Shown one piece after another: positions 28,609-40,247 of a DNA stretch of 64,000 bases. The stretch comes from Candidatus Hadarchaeota archaeon (GTDB lineage: Archaea > Hadarchaeota > Hadarchaeia > Hadarchaeales > JAGGTB01), in the NCBI GenBank assembly GCA_964384105.1, contig CAYLJV010000003.1, positions 1 through 64,000 on the forward strand. The letters run 5' to 3'. A program made the translations under genes and the position numbers. The notes beneath the pieces were generated by a model. It had not been told where the DNA came from. It made no database searches and saw only the letters and a list, made by a program, of their open reading frames with translations. Every line of letters starts with the position of its first letter. Position 1 is the first letter of the stretch.

Positions 28609-30282
28609 GTGAAAAAAATGCCAAATGGACAACCGATTTTTATCCTTTCTGAAGACACCGAGAGAGAAAGAGGAAGAGACGCCCAGGAGTCCAACTTCAG
28701 GGCCGCCAGAGCCATAGGCAATGCTATTCGCTCGACTCTAGGGCCAAAGGGAATGGACAAGATGCTCGTCGACAATCTAGGTGATGTTGTCATAACCAAC
28801 GATGGCGCAGCAATACTGGACGAGATGGATATAGAGCATCCCGCTGCTAAGATGATCGTCGAAGTTGCGGAGACCCAGGAAGAGGAAGTAGGAGATGGAA
28901 CAACCACTGCTGTTGTTCTCGCGGCCGAACTTCTTGACGAGGCTCAGGAACTTCTTGATCAGGGAATCCACCCGACTTCCATAGCTTCTGGTTACTCCAA
29001 GGCTGCAGCTAAGGCCCAGGAGTTCCTCAGAGGAATGACCAAGGACGTTGGCTTTGAGAATGAAGAGATGCTCAGGAAAGTTGCCACTACCGCGATGACT
29101 GGAAAGAGAGTCGAGGCTAACATCGAGGTCCTCGCTGACATGGCCGTGAAGGCCGTCAAGCAGGTCGCAGAAAAAAACAATGGTGGTTACGAGGTAGATC
29201 TCGACAACATCGGAATCGAGAAGCAGGAAGGTGGCAGTGTTGATGACAGCTTCATGATCGACGGACTCGTCATCAGTAAGGATAGAGTCCACCCAGGAAT
29301 GCCCAAGAAAATTGAGAATGCGAAGATAGCCTTGATAAATGCAGAGATGGAAGTCAAGGAAACTGAAACTGATAGTGAAATAAGCGTCAGCAGTCCAGAA
29401 GAACTTCAGAAGTTCCTCGATCAGGAGGAGAAAGAACTTCGCGATATGGTAGACAAGATAAAAGAGGCAGGTGCAAATGTTGTACTCTGCCAGAAAGGAA
29501 TTGACGACATGGCCCAGCACTTCCTTAGCAAGGAAGGAATATTCGCGGCTCGCAGGGTCAAGAAGTCGGATATGGGTAAACTTGCAAGAGCTACAGGTGG
29601 TACCATTGTCACTAATATAAATGACATAAGTTCGGAGAATCTTGGAGAAGCAGGACTTGTCGAGGAGCGCAAGATTTCTGGCAATGAACTGACTTTCGTT
29701 GAAGACTGTAAGAATCCCAAGGCCGTCAGTGTACTCGTCAGAGGTGGAACTGAGCATATTGCCGATGAGGCAGAGAGGAGTCTTGAGGACGCCATGTGCG
29801 TCGTTGCTAGGACTGTTGAGAGTGGCAAGATAGTTCCCGGCGGTGGAGCTACTGAAATAGAACTCGCCATGAAACTTTCAAACTATGCCGATGGAATTGG
29901 TGGTAAAGAGGCACTCGCCGTGAGGGCCTTTTCAGATGCGGTCGAGTCGACTGTCAGAGCTTTGGCAAACAACGCCGGTCTTGACCCTATCGACACTATC
30001 GTCGAACTGAGAAACAAGCACGAAAGCGATGGAACGTCCTTTGGACTGGACGCTTACTCCGGTGAAGTCAAGGATATGATCTCTGAAGGGGTAGTTGAGC
30101 CAATTCAGATCAAGGCTCAGGCTGTCAGTTCAGGTAGTGAAGCTGCGATCATGATTCTCAGAATAGACGACGTCATAGCTTCCAAGGGCGAAAGCGGATC
30201 GGAAGAAGGTGGACCCGGCGGCCCAGGTGGACCTGGAGGAATGCCCGGTGGGGCCGGTGGAATGCCACCCGGAATGATGTAA
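28609..30282 (+). CDS. ths: Thermosome (group II chaperonin) subunit
   Basis: [23 protein letters not shown]-rich C-terminal tail; likely start ATG 28618. Confidence 0.98.
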   Translation: MKKMPNGQPIFILSEDTERERGRDAQESNFRAARAIGNAIRSTLGPKGMDKMLVDNLGDVVITNDGAAILDEMDIEHPAAKMIVEVAETQEEEVGDGTTTAVVLAAELLDEAQELLDQGIHPTSIASGYSKAAAKAQEFLRGMTKDVGFENEEMLRKVATTAMTGKRVEANIEVLADMAVKAVKQVAEKNNGGYEVDLDNIGIEKQEGGSVDDSFMIDGLVISKDRVHPGMPKKIENAKIALINAEMEVKETETDSEISVSSPEELQKFLDQEEKELRDMVDKIKEAGANVVLCQKGIDDMAQHFLSKEGIFAARRVKKSDMGKLARATGGTIVTNINDISSENLGEAGLVEERKISGNELTFVEDCKNPKAVSVLVRGGTEHIADEAERSLEDAMCVVARTVESGKIVPGGGATEIELAMKLSNYADGIGGKEALAVRAFSDAVESTVRALANNAGLDPIDTIVELRNKHESDGTSFGLDAYSGEVKDMISEGVVEPIQIKAQAVSSGSEAAIMILRIDDVIASKGESGSEEGGPGGPGGPGGMPGGAGGMPPGMM

Positions 30283-30295
30283 GGTAACTCTTGCG

Positions 30296-30325
30296 AATTT
30301 CTTCTCTTTTCTTTTTATTTTTCTG
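30296..30325 (+). terminator. Oligo-T terminator-like tract after the thermosome gene
   Basis: Long pyrimidine/T-rich run 14 nt after the stop codon. Confidence 0.5.
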
Positions 30326-30635
30326 TGACTGGAATAAATTTTGATTACTCTACCAGATTATATCTAATGAAATATTTGGAGAATGAAACTTCTTCTGACT
30401 GAATGATCAATAGAAAAGATTAATTCTTAACGACTAGAGCCGGAAGAAAATCGAAAATACATCCGAGAAAAGAAAATGAATGAATACTGAGACAAGAATT
30501 TAAGGTGGTGAATAGAATCAAAGAAATGATTGTTAAAACTGTCCAATTAAGCTTATTTAATAATTTCTATGATTTATGTGCCTATAGCAGGAAATAAATC
30601 GATATAAGCCCTTTAATCTTTTTTAAGATTTTTAA

Positions 30636-30782
30636 CTATTTTTTGTCTTTTTTTAATCCTTTCTTTAGTCCTTTACCGAACCCTTTTACCGCACCGATGC
30701 CTTTTTCTACTCCTTTACCGACTGCTTCTCCAGTTTTTTCTGCACTTTTCTCTAAAGTTTTCTTTTCCTTCTTTTTTGCCAT
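30636..30782 (-). CDS. 48-aa Lys/Gly-rich amphipathic small protein (missed by the ORF track)
   Basis: MAKKKEKKTLEKSAEKTGEAVGKGVEKGIGAVKGFGKGLKKGLKKDKK*; GGTGA RBS 6 nt upstream. Confidence 0.7.
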   Translation of the reverse strand: MAKKKEKKTLEKSAEKTGEAVGKGVEKGIGAVKGFGKGLKKGLKKDKK

Positions 30783-31106
30783 GTTAAATCACCGTTTAAG
30801 TATATGGGGATACTTAAATATTAAATTATGTTTCTATTAGATATAATATCTAATTTTGAGATTTTTCAATTCTTAATTTCAAATATAAATCTTTAAAAAA
30901 TACAAATCTTCTTTTTTTGTATTTATAAGAGGGTTTATTGTTTCAATATCGAGTTTAATTTCTAATTTATGGGAAAGGGAATTATTTTTTGTTCCCTAGT
31001 GACATTATTGATAAAAAAGACCTTTTGAGAAACAATTAACAATTTTAAGATTCTTTTTTTCCTAAATCGGTCTATTTCTTATAAATAAGTGGAAATAGAA
31101 CTATAA

Positions 31107-31964
31107 ATGATGTTTTTCATAGGTAATATCAGTATTTTTATGACTTTGGAAATAGTGTTTTTAGGTTTAAATGATGCTTTGCCCTATATTGGAGTCAGTA
31201 TTCTAGATATTATAACTGCAGTAATCGTGCTAGTAGTTGGTATAGTCGTAGTTAGGGTAGTTGCTGGTTCGATCAAGAACTGGATGATAAAATCAGGTTT
31301 AACTAAAATATTAGCCGAATTCACTAGTCGTTTGATTAGTATTATCCTTTACATATTCGTCATCCTTGTCTCGCTTACCTTTCTTGGTTTGGAGATGGGT
31401 GCAACACTCGTTAGTATATCGGTTGTTTTGGGTTTCGTCCTTGGTTTTGCGTTAGGGGATACTCTTAGCAATATAGCATCAGGTTTTATGCTGGCTATTA
31501 CAAACCCGTTCAAAAAGGGAGACTATGTCACGGTTAACGGGGAAAGTGGTACTGTAAAAGGAGTTGGAATTAGTGTAACTTCAATAGACACTCCCGATAA
31601 TAAGCGAATAGTTATTCCTAATAAGTCGATATGGGGAGGGAACATTATCAACTTTTCAAAACATCCAACTCGACGGGTGGATATGGAAGTGGGTGTCAGT
31701 TACGATGATGACCTGGATAAAGTGATTAGAGTTACTATGGATCTATTGGAAAAGGATGAACGAGTTCTTCCTGAGCCAAAACCGAAGGTTGCTGTGAGAG
31801 AGATGGGAGATTCGGCGATAACACTGGTTGTGAGACCCTGGGTAAATAAAGGGGATTATTGGAATTTCTACTTCGATTTCCAGAAAGCTGCGAAACAAAA
31901 GTACGATGAAGTGGGAATAGAAATGCCATATCCTCAGATGGATGTACATTTAGAAAAAGAATAG
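31107..31964 (+). CDS. mscS: Small-conductance mechanosensitive channel
   Basis: GFALGDTLSNIASG, PFKKGDYV, DNKRIVIPN, EMPYPQMDVH. Confidence 0.93.
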   Translation: MMFFIGNISIFMTLEIVFLGLNDALPYIGVSILDIITAVIVLVVGIVVVRVVAGSIKNWMIKSGLTKILAEFTSRLISIILYIFVILVSLTFLGLEMGATLVSISVVLGFVLGFALGDTLSNIASGFMLAITNPFKKGDYVTVNGESGTVKGVGISVTSIDTPDNKRIVIPNKSIWGGNIINFSKHPTRRVDMEVGVSYDDDLDKVIRVTMDLLEKDERVLPEPKPKVAVREMGDSAITLVVRPWVNKGDYWNFYFDFQKAAKQKYDEVGIEMPYPQMDVHLEKE

Positions 31965-32150
31965 AAAAATAGTCTGTCTGAACTGTTTTTTTAATTCTAC
32001 AATTGGTTAATCATCTCTTGGAACACAATATTTCAGATAAACTTTGCTTTGAATTGAGAGTAATGAATGATAAAAAATTTATTTCCAGATGGTTTGCCTT
32101 CTTCTGGTAATAAGTCTATAAATCCCGAGGTATTCAAACTTTAGAATTTT

Positions 32151-33668
32151 CTACTTACTTTTGTTATTTTTCTCCTCTGCTTTTTTCTTTCTCTTTCGTC
32201 TCATTTTTTTGACTACGGCTATAGGAAAGTTAACCAGAGCTAGAGGTCCTCCGGCTGTGGAGAAGTTTGTCAAGGGCTTCTTTATTTCAGAGACCAGTTC
32301 ATTTAAGACCATTTTCTTTCCTACTTCTCCTTCCTCGACTACCAAGGCCAATCTGTAGAGTGAGTAAAGGCCTATCAGAAATGCGAAAAAGAATGCGAAG
32401 TCCATCCCCGAGAAACTTAGAGTCTCTATGCCGATTACCCCTGATGGAGATGACCAGTTCAGTGTCACGGAGAGTTCTCGTTCCACAAATACGTTGGAGA
32501 TAGCACCTCCAATCAGGGGACCGATCCCTATGGCCAGTGATGTAACTAGACTGCTGGCAGCTAGATAGGAGGTTGCCTGACCTCTGGGGGCTAGTTTGAG
32601 TCCTATATTCCCGCCTGCAAGATTAACTCCTGCTAGCGAGATTCCCATCAGGACGTGTATCCCGACGAGGAGCGGAATGGTGAGAGAGTACCTGCCGGGC
32701 ATAGATGTGAAGGTCCAGAGTAAAATACTTCCCAGAAACAATGGACCACTGACTCCCAAAACTGACTTGTTGCTGTATCTGTCCGAGAAGCGACCCCATA
32801 TCTCGAAGAAAAAGACGTTGGTAACTTGACTTATAACTGTAAATGCAAGGACCCAGGCCATTGAGAACCCTAATCTCTGTATCATGTAGACTGTGAAGAA
32901 AGGAGCTGCCAGGAAAATTGCGAAGTTCCAGGAGGCAAGAAACATGAGGAGTCTCTTGAAGTTCTCGTCTCGAAATGGTTTCTTTACTAGTTTTGGAAGG
33001 TTTATTTTTTTTGTGGGGATGGGCATGGGGGGTTCTGGTGTATTCGAAAGAAAATAAACACCTATGATGCCTACTATGAATCCCAGAGAAAAAAGGATGG
33101 AATAACCGTGTAGTTCGAGTTCAGGAAATCCTCCAGCCCACCAGCTGATGAAGTATCCTCCTGCTAGGCTAAGAGGTATACTCAGGGCTGTACTTAGGCT
33201 CCATCTTCTCGAGAAGAATGAACCTAATTTCTTTTGTGGAATGAGGTCCCGCATCCAGGAATTCCAGCTGCTTGACCCAATAGCTCCAAAGGCCCCTCGA
33301 AGGAAGATTGCTATCAGGAGGATTGTGAGTCCTAGCTCAGGAGTTGAGAAAAAGAAGGGTATAAGTGCTATCAGAAGGAGAGTGAGCCTGCCTGCTACAG
33401 AAGCGTATATCGTTAGTCTTCTTCTGTTTCTGTACCTCTCGATTAGGTATATCGAGGGTATTTGTACAAGCTGTGCGAGTGGCGGTAGAGAGGCAAGGAG
33501 ACCGATCACGAAGAGAGGTGCGTTGAGCTTTAGGGCAAATCCGACCAAAAAGACCCCTTCGGTGAGAGTTATCATGGCTCGAGTGGTAAGACCGTCTCTT
33601 AGGACGTTTTTAAGTCCGGTTTGGAGTTCTTCTTCTGTTAGGTTGTTTTCTTCCTGATTTTTTTGCAA
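32151..33668 (-). CDS. MFS transporter
   Basis: About 12 TM helices; WGRFSDRYSNK loop motif. Confidence 0.85.
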   Translation of the reverse strand: MQKNQEENNLTEEELQTGLKNVLRDGLTTRAMITLTEGVFLVGFALKLNAPLFVIGLLASLPPLAQLVQIPSIYLIERYRNRRRLTIYASVAGRLTLLLIALIPFFFSTPELGLTILLIAIFLRGAFGAIGSSSWNSWMRDLIPQKKLGSFFSRRWSLSTALSIPLSLAGGYFISWWAGGFPELELHGYSILFSLGFIVGIIGVYFLSNTPEPPMPIPTKKINLPKLVKKPFRDENFKRLLMFLASWNFAIFLAAPFFTVYMIQRLGFSMAWVLAFTVISQVTNVFFFEIWGRFSDRYSNKSVLGVSGPLFLGSILLWTFTSMPGRYSLTIPLLVGIHVLMGISLAGVNLAGGNIGLKLAPRGQATSYLAASSLVTSLAIGIGPLIGGAISNVFVERELSVTLNWSSPSGVIGIETLSFSGMDFAFFFAFLIGLYSLYRLALVVEEGEVGKKMVLNELVSEIKKPLTNFSTAGGPLALVNFPIAVVKKMRRKRKKKAEEKNNKSK

Positions 33669-33800
33669 ATTGGATCACCAAAGCGGTTCTATTTTCTTTA
33701 AATAGTTCCTAAAGTTTTGGGAAAAATCTTAACCTTTCTTATTAATATTATTTTCAATGAACAAAATCTGGATTTGTATTTCTCTTTAATTCCAAAATTT

Positions 33801-34454
33801 TTATGATCTTATAGCCTCGATAATGTAGGAAAAGCCAGTGAGTATGAAGGCTCCTGCGATCCAGTAGTAAACGAATCTGGGGTACTCTAGGATCATTATC
33901 CCGGAGACAATGAGAACTACTCCGACGAAAAAGTTTGTTATTCTCCCTGTTTTCGAAACTTTCTCTTCGGCTTTATCTAGCACATTTACTAATCCCATTA
34001 GGCTCAACGGCCCGTATTTCAGGTTTTTCTCTTTTGCGAATTGTCTTAATTCCGAACCGGTAGACTTCCAGAAATCTGAGAAGTATATTACATTAAGTAA
34101 GACTAGTCCAATTCCTATCACTATAGTATATGTTATTTCGTCCCAGTAGTTCGCGAAATGGGTTAACATGTACCCGATTTGATCGAAAAAGAGTCCTAGA
34201 CCTGCACCATAGATCAATGAGTTTACCTTGGTAAGGTCTCTGTCTTTGTAGTTTATGGCTATCCATCCTGCGATAATTAGCAGTGCGACTCCGTAATACA
34301 GATGATGTAGAGTGTAGATTTCGGTTCTTAGGGGTGGGCCCCCCACTTCGAAAAATCTCCAGCCTCGGCCTACGGCAAATGAGATTAAGAAGGAGATAAA
34401 GATCAGGAAAGGTGCTTCTTTTTGTTTATCTTTGAAATGTTCTAGAAGTGACAT
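33801..34454 (-). CDS. Hypothetical membrane protein
   Basis: Multiple TM; LHHLYYG and YGAGLGLFFDQ motifs. Confidence 0.7.
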   Translation of the reverse strand: MSLLEHFKDKQKEAPFLIFISFLISFAVGRGWRFFEVGGPPLRTEIYTLHHLYYGVALLIIAGWIAINYKDRDLTKVNSLIYGAGLGLFFDQIGYMLTHFANYWDEITYTIVIGIGLVLLNVIYFSDFWKSTGSELRQFAKEKNLKYGPLSLMGLVNVLDKAEEKVSKTGRITNFFVGVVLIVSGIMILEYPRFVYYWIAGAFILTGFSYIIEAIRS

Positions 34455-34616
34455 TCACTCATCTTTATTTAGACTTAGAGTATTATTGTTTTCCGTGGGG
34501 TGACGAGTTAATACTCGTTTTCTTTTCAGGAATAGTATTGATATGGTTAATAAGAAATCCTAAGACCAAAACAACCTTATTTCTTAAAATGAAAGCATAA
34601 TAGGGCTACTGTTCGA

Positions 34617-35312
34617 ATGAAAGAGTGCGAAAAAATTATCAATAGTGCCTTGGAGGTTGGTAGGACCTCTCTATTACTGCACGAAGCAATGGAAATATGC
34701 AAATTACACGGGATACCCATGCCCGATTTTTGTGCAGTTTTTAGTAAAGACGAGGCAATTGAAAGGGCAGGTAAACTGGGATATCCAGTTGCTCTAAAAA
34801 TTATTTCTTCCGAGATTCTCCATAAGTCTGAATCAGATGCGATTGTATTGAATATAGAAGACGAAGGGGAACTCAGGAAAGAATACGAGGATCTAGTTAA
34901 CAGGGTAGGTAAAGATAAGATAGAAGGTATTTTAGTGGAAGAGATGGTTTCTCCCTCGACAGAGGTTATCATCGGAGGAGTAAGAGACAAACAATTTGGG
35001 CCTTCAGTGATGTTTGGGATGGGAGGGATATTTACAGAGGTCTATGATGACGTTGCTTTTCGTGTAGCTCCTATCGACAAAAGAATAGCATTGAACTTAA
35101 TTCGAGAACCAAAAGGCTCTAAAATCCTTAAGGGAGTGAGAGGAAATCCTCCGAAGGATTTGGATTCGATAGCTGATGTATTGGTTCGAGTTTCTGACTT
35201 AATGATAGAACACGAGGTTGTGGGCGAGTTGGATCTTAACCCGGTTATAGCATATCCTGATGGTGTATCAGTTGTTGACGCGCGTATTATCCTGGAAAAG
35301 GAGGAGGAATAG
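34617..35312 (+). CDS. acdB: ADP-forming acetate/acyl-CoA ligase, beta (ATP-grasp) subunit
   Basis: GYPVALKIIS..ILHKSE, FGPSVMFGMGG, ELDLNP. Confidence 0.93.
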   Translation: MKECEKIINSALEVGRTSLLLHEAMEICKLHGIPMPDFCAVFSKDEAIERAGKLGYPVALKIISSEILHKSESDAIVLNIEDEGELRKEYEDLVNRVGKDKIEGILVEEMVSPSTEVIIGGVRDKQFGPSVMFGMGGIFTEVYDDVAFRVAPIDKRIALNLIREPKGSKILKGVRGNPPKDLDSIADVLVRVSDLMIEHEVVGELDLNPVIAYPDGVSVVDARIILEKEEE

Positions 35313-36706
35313 TGAGTCTGGATCCCTTTTTTGACCCGAATACTGTTGCTGTGATAGGTGCTTCTCGAGAATCGAGAAAATTTGGAAGAGTCATATTCAA
35401 AAACTTCCTCGAATCCGAATTTGAGGGGAATGTTTATCCGGTGAACCCAAAGGCTGAGAGCATTTTAGGGGTTAAGACTTATCCGAGCCTTAAGGAGATT
35501 CCAGAAAAAATAGACTTGGCGGTTATAGCTCTGCCTGCGCCGATCGTTCCCTCTGTGGTGGAAGAATGTTTATCAGAGGGTGTTAAAGCCGCGGTTATAA
35601 TTTCGGGAGGTTTCAAGGAAGTGGGTGGGGAAGGAGAAAAACTCGAATTAGAGATTAAGGAAAAGATAGAGGATAGTGGCCTCAGAGTTATTGGCCCAAA
35701 CTGTATAGGAATTTATGACTCTGTAACCGATGTTGATACGTTATTTTTGCCGAGTTATAAGTTGAGACGGCCCAAGAAAGGCCCGATTGCCTTTATATCT
35801 CAAAGTGGTGCCTTTGGATCCGCTATTCTGGATTGGGCGGCATCTCAGGAAGTAGGAATCAGCAAATTTGTGAGTATAGGAAATAAGATGGACGTCGATG
35901 AAGTTGACTTGTTGGAGTATCTGAGTGGAGATCCAAATACAAGCTGTATCGCAATCTATGTTGAAAGTATAGATCGCGGTAGAGATTTTCTTGAAGTTGC
36001 TTCCGAGGTTGTTGAGGATAAATCCGTGGTGGTTTTGAAAGGAGGGGTAACTCAAGAGGGAATTAAAGCGGCTTTATCTCATACGGGGTCGCTAGGAGGT
36101 TCCGCGAAGATCTACGAAGGAGCTTTTAAGCAGAGTGGAGTGATTCAAGCGAGAAAAGTGGAGGAGTTATTCGATTATGCCCGTGCTCTTGCTTATCAAC
36201 CTATTCCTGATGGGCAAGGTGTTGCAATAGTTACTAACGGTGGAGGTTTTGGAGTTATAAGTAGTGATGAGGCTTCGAGATTGGATTTAAATCTAGTGGA
36301 GTTCGAAGAAGAAACTTTGAATAAGTTGGAGAAGGAGCTTCCCTACTATGCTGTTCCTGGTAATCCACTTGACCTGGTTGGTGATGCGGATGTCGAGCGC
36401 TATAGAATGGCTTTGAATGCTGTTTCCTCCGATCCAAATGTGGATATAATACTGGCTATACTTCTTCTTCAAACCTCTTTTATCGAGTCGGATGTGGTTG
36501 ATGCGGTAACGGAGGCTCAGGTAACTTCAGGTAAACCTATTGTTGTATGTACGATAGGTGGAGAGTTTACTAGAGTAATTGTTAAGATGTTAGAGGAGGA
36601 TAAGGTCCCCTCTTATCCCACTCCCGAAAGGGCGGTTGGTGCCGTCGATGCTCTGATAAAAAGGAGTGAAATCATGAAGAATTTTAAAAATAGAACGGAA
36701 TATTGA
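35312..36706 (+). CDS. acdA: ADP-forming acetate/acyl-CoA ligase, alpha subunit
   Basis: VAVIGAS, GPNCIG, SQSGA, SHTGSL (phospho-His), NPLDL. Confidence 0.95.
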   Translation: MSLDPFFDPNTVAVIGASRESRKFGRVIFKNFLESEFEGNVYPVNPKAESILGVKTYPSLKEIPEKIDLAVIALPAPIVPSVVEECLSEGVKAAVIISGGFKEVGGEGEKLELEIKEKIEDSGLRVIGPNCIGIYDSVTDVDTLFLPSYKLRRPKKGPIAFISQSGAFGSAILDWAASQEVGISKFVSIGNKMDVDEVDLLEYLSGDPNTSCIAIYVESIDRGRDFLEVASEVVEDKSVVVLKGGVTQEGIKAALSHTGSLGGSAKIYEGAFKQSGVIQARKVEELFDYARALAYQPIPDGQGVAIVTNGGGFGVISSDEASRLDLNLVEFEEETLNKLEKELPYYAVPGNPLDLVGDADVERYRMALNAVSSDPNVDIILAILLLQTSFIESDVVDAVTEAQVTSGKPIVVCTIGGEFTRVIVKMLEEDKVPSYPTPERAVGAVDALIKRSEIMKNFKNRTEY

Positions 36707-36871
36707 GGGTATTAAGGTTAATTTATCGTTTGAAACCTTATTCTTTTCAAAAATTTCATTTATTTTGTCTCAAAGTAGATTCTGATTATAAAAGCACTTT
36801 TTTGTAAGGACATAAAATAAAAACATAAGATTGACTTTATCTATCTGGCGAAATATTACAAGAGTGGTAAA

Positions 36872-37924
36872 ATGGAAAATTCGGATTTTGAGTCTGGTGA
36901 GGAATTCGAGGAAAAAATTGTTGAAGCTCAGCCTCGGATTGTTGCTGTGGGCTGTGGAGGAGCTGGATGTAACACGATCAGTAGACTGATGGAGGAGGAG
37001 GTTGATGGAATTGAGACTATAACGGTGAATACGGATGCACAGGATCTTCTACATGCGAATTCGGATTCGAAGATACTTATCGGGAAAGAGCTGACTGGAG
37101 GTTTAGGGGCAGGATCCGATCCTGACGTAGGAATGAGGGCAACGAGAGAGGATTTGAATTCTATTAAGGACAAGCTTTACGAAGCCGAGATGGTCTTCGT
37201 TACCTGTGGACTTGGAGGTGGCACTGGCACTGGAGCTGGTCCTGTTGTGGCAGAAGTGGCAAAAGGTATGGACGCTCTTACTGTGGGAGTTCTTACGGTT
37301 CCCTTTGAGGCAGAAGGTCAAAGGAGAATGAAAAATGCAGAGAAAGGTCTCGAAAAATTCTTAGGTAATTTGGATTCAGTGATTCTGATTCGAGACGAGA
37401 GATTATTGGAGATAGCACCAGATCTCTCGATTGTACAAGCTTTTAGACTTGCAGATACTGTCTTGTCAGATCTGATAAGAGGCCTTACAGATCTTATAAC
37501 AAAGCCAGGTTTGATAAATCTCGACTTCGCAGATATCGAATCAGTCCTAAGAGAAGGGGGTCCTACTCTCGTTGGATTTGGAGAATCTGAATCGAATGAT
37601 AGAGCGGTTGATGCTTCTGAAGAAGCCATTGGAAACCCACTTCTCGAAATTGATATTTCACGAGTAGACGAAGCTTTGGTTAATATTACAGGGTGTTCTG
37701 ACATGTCTCTGGAGGAGGCCCAGCGAGCGACAGAGGTGATTTCTGGTTCTCTCGCACCTGAAGCTGATTTGATTTGGGGTGCCCAGATAGACGATTATCT
37801 ACAGGATCTAGTAAAGGTCATGATAATAGTTCCCGGAGCTGAACTTCCTGACATTCGCGGTAAGAAACTACAAGAATCTACGAGGGCCGAAGATGCTCTA
37901 GGAGATCTCGAGTATGTTGCTTGA
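36872..37924 (+). CDS. ftsZ: Cell division protein FtsZ
   Basis: [27 protein letters not shown]. Confidence 0.95.
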   Translation: MENSDFESGEEFEEKIVEAQPRIVAVGCGGAGCNTISRLMEEEVDGIETITVNTDAQDLLHANSDSKILIGKELTGGLGAGSDPDVGMRATREDLNSIKDKLYEAEMVFVTCGLGGGTGTGAGPVVAEVAKGMDALTVGVLTVPFEAEGQRRMKNAEKGLEKFLGNLDSVILIRDERLLEIAPDLSIVQAFRLADTVLSDLIRGLTDLITKPGLINLDFADIESVLREGGPTLVGFGESESNDRAVDASEEAIGNPLLEIDISRVDEALVNITGCSDMSLEEAQRATEVISGSLAPEADLIWGAQIDDYLQDLVKVMIIVPGAELPDIRGKKLQESTRAEDALGDLEYVA

Positions 37925-38088
37925 ACTGGCTTTCTTTTTTATTTTTAAATAGATTTTTGGTAGTCTTCAGGATACCTTTTGTTGATTAAGGCCTTTATTC
38001 AAACTATATTTAATATTATGTTTCTCTGGTCTTTTCTTTTTCGTGTTCTATTAATGTGCGGGAAAGAACTTACATTTCATAAGGGCCA

Positions 38089-39246
38089 TTGTTACTTGGG
38101 GAGAGTTTGAGTAGAAAAAGCTATCTTATAGTACTACTCGTTTTACTGGTAGTAACCATCGTCTCTTTTCGTTATTTTTGGAGGGGGTCCGAAGAAGTTC
38201 AGCCCTCCGAGAATGTATCTATAGAAGTAGAAGTTTTAGCCGAAAGTTTGGAGGTGCCTTGGGATCTCGCATTTGCCTCTAAAGATAGGATTTTTCTCAC
38301 GGAGAGACCTGGTAGGATTAGAATTATCGAAAACGGTGAGTTAAAAGAAGATCCTTGGAAAACTTTGGAGGTTTACGCTAATGGGGAAGCGGGGCTCCTT
38401 GGTATAGCATTACACCCGAACTTTCAGCAGAACCATTACGTGTATGTTTATCACACATATCGTGATTCTGATGGTAATATTAGGAACAGGATTGTTCGTC
38501 TGGTAGATCGGGATGGTAAGGGTGAGGTAGATAGAGTCATCCTCGATGGTATTCCGGGAGGCGAGATACATGATGGTGGTCGTATAGCTTTTGGACCAGA
38601 CAGCAAGCTCTATGTTACATCGGGTGATGCAGGTGTGGGGGATTTCTCTCAGGATATCGATTCTTTTGCTGGTAAAATACTCAGAATTAATCCTGATGGG
38701 ACCGTACCTGAGGACAATCCATTTTCCGGATCCCCGGTTTGGAGCTACGGCCACAGGAATCCCGAAGGTGTAGCGTGGCATCCCGAAACTGATCATCTTT
38801 ACGCTACTGAACATGGTCCATCTGGTCACGATGAGCTAAATCTCGTGGAGAAAGAGAATAACTATGGTTGGCCGGAGGCAAGGGGTAAAGGTGGCGGAGA
38901 AGATTACGTCGATCCTCTGATAGAAAGCGGCTCTGGTACATGGGCACCTTCTGGTATAACTTTCTATTCTTCTGATTCGTTTCCAAGCTGGAAGGGTGAT
39001 CTCTTCTTTGTCACTTTGGGTTTCAGCCGAGGAGGTGGTAGAAGAAGTCTACATCACGTGGATTTTAAAGAACCTGATTTTAGGGAAGTTGAAAATCATA
39101 CTATATTACTTACAAATAGGTTTGGAAGACTTCGGGCCGTGGAAGAAGGACCGGATGGTTTCCTATATTTGATGACAAGCAACAGAGATGGTAGAGGCGA
39201 CCCGATCTCCAGCGACGATCGGGTTTTGAGAATAATTCCGGACTAG
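38089..39246 (+). CDS. PQQ-dependent sugar dehydrogenase family (GSDH), membrane anchored
   Basis: GLLGIALHP, HDGGRIAFGPD, GKILRI, GHRNPEG, GRLRAV. Confidence 0.9.
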   Translation: MLLGESLSRKSYLIVLLVLLVVTIVSFRYFWRGSEEVQPSENVSIEVEVLAESLEVPWDLAFASKDRIFLTERPGRIRIIENGELKEDPWKTLEVYANGEAGLLGIALHPNFQQNHYVYVYHTYRDSDGNIRNRIVRLVDRDGKGEVDRVILDGIPGGEIHDGGRIAFGPDSKLYVTSGDAGVGDFSQDIDSFAGKILRINPDGTVPEDNPFSGSPVWSYGHRNPEGVAWHPETDHLYATEHGPSGHDELNLVEKENNYGWPEARGKGGGEDYVDPLIESGSGTWAPSGITFYSSDSFPSWKGDLFFVTLGFSRGGGRRSLHHVDFKEPDFREVENHTILLTNRFGRLRAVEEGPDGFLYLMTSNRDGRGDPISSDDRVLRIIPD

Positions 39247-39390
39247 AATTTTATTGGCATGTGTCGCTGAGAGTAATAGATTTATAATTAGTGGTCTTTA
39301 CACACTTCTGCTTTTCCTAAAAATGTACATTACTCTCCGAGTTTAATTAGAAAAATAGTAAAAATAAAAAAAAGAGATCTGGATAGCGTT

Positions 39391-39942
39391 TTACTCTAGG
39401 AACTTTGACACGTATGGTGAATTCTTTTCTCCACGTTTGAAATGCCCTGAAGGCCCTTCTTCTAGATATTCCGAGAACCAGGATTCGTGTTGAATCTCTT
39501 CATGTAATATTGCCTTTGCTAAGTCGTAGGTTCTATGATCTTTGCCTGCAGTTATATTGCAAATATTTGTGTATTGCCTGACAGCACACCTTTCTGCTTT
39601 AACCAGGACTTTAAGAATCTCTTTAACATTTGTTGAATCCTCAGGTAACTTTGCCGGTGGACATCCGGAAATATCATGAAATTCCTTCATATCATTCGGT
39701 ATTTTTCCACCCAGTTCGTATATCCTAGGAACCAGAGCCTCGAAGTGGTTTCTGTCCTCTATTCTTGCATCTTCAGCTATTTCTTTCAATGTCTCTCCTT
39801 CTAAACCAATCAAGTTTACCCGAAGGGTTGTGTAGTAATAGTAGGTTATGAGCTCAGCTGCAGCATTTTTAACTAGTAGGTCTACCAGTTCATCGACGTC
39901 GATGCCAGCATCCTCTACGACTTTTCTCGCTACTTTAGCCAA
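39391..39942 (-). CDS. dps: DPS-like (DpsL/thioferritin) protein
   Basis: AAELITYYYYT, EDRNHFE, cysteine pair GCPPA/AERCA, EEIQHE. Confidence 0.92.
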   Translation of the reverse strand: MAKVARKVVEDAGIDVDELVDLLVKNAAAELITYYYYTTLRVNLIGLEGETLKEIAEDARIEDRNHFEALVPRIYELGGKIPNDMKEFHDISGCPPAKLPEDSTNVKEILKVLVKAERCAVRQYTNICNITAGKDHRTYDLAKAILHEEIQHESWFSEYLEEGPSGHFKRGEKNSPYVSKFLE

Positions 39943-40086
39943 TTTATCACCTCCCCTATGATATTTTATACTTTAGAGTTCGAAAAGCTATCGCAACAAA
40001 ACTATTTCTCTTCTTTCTTCCGTAATTATATTCGAATAAAATTATTAATATAATTAAGCCGATTCTAAATTGAGGGGGGTGAAAAG

Positions 40087-40212
40087 ATGGTTATCGTTAA
40101 AGAAGTTGGAGAAGTTTACGAATGCGAAATTTGTGGCAATGTTGTTGAGGTAAAGGAGGCCGGTGGTGGTGAACTAGTATGTTGTGGACAACCTATGAAA
40201 AAGGTTGAGTAA
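40087..40212 (+). CDS. Desulforedoxin-like FeS4 protein, 41 aa (missed by the ORF track)
   Basis: [41 protein letters not shown]; GGGGTGA RBS. Confidence 0.9.
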   Translation: MVIVKEVGEVYECEICGNVVEVKEAGGGELVCCGQPMKKVE

Positions 40213-40247
40213 AAATTAAGTTAAATTTTTTGAAAGGTGGTTTTTAG

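Noticed and set aside
28590-29870. Long antisense ORFs opposite the thermosome gene (up to 326 aa)
   Set aside because: Expected shadow of a codon-biased, highly expressed gene; no recognisable motifs
30205-30280. GC-rich repeats at the end of the thermosome gene
   Set aside because: They encode the ordinary Gly-Gly-Met/Pro chaperonin tail
30643-30840. Plus-strand 65-aa Phe/Pro-rich ORF
   Set aside because: Antisense of the better supported 48-aa minus-strand gene, which has an RBS
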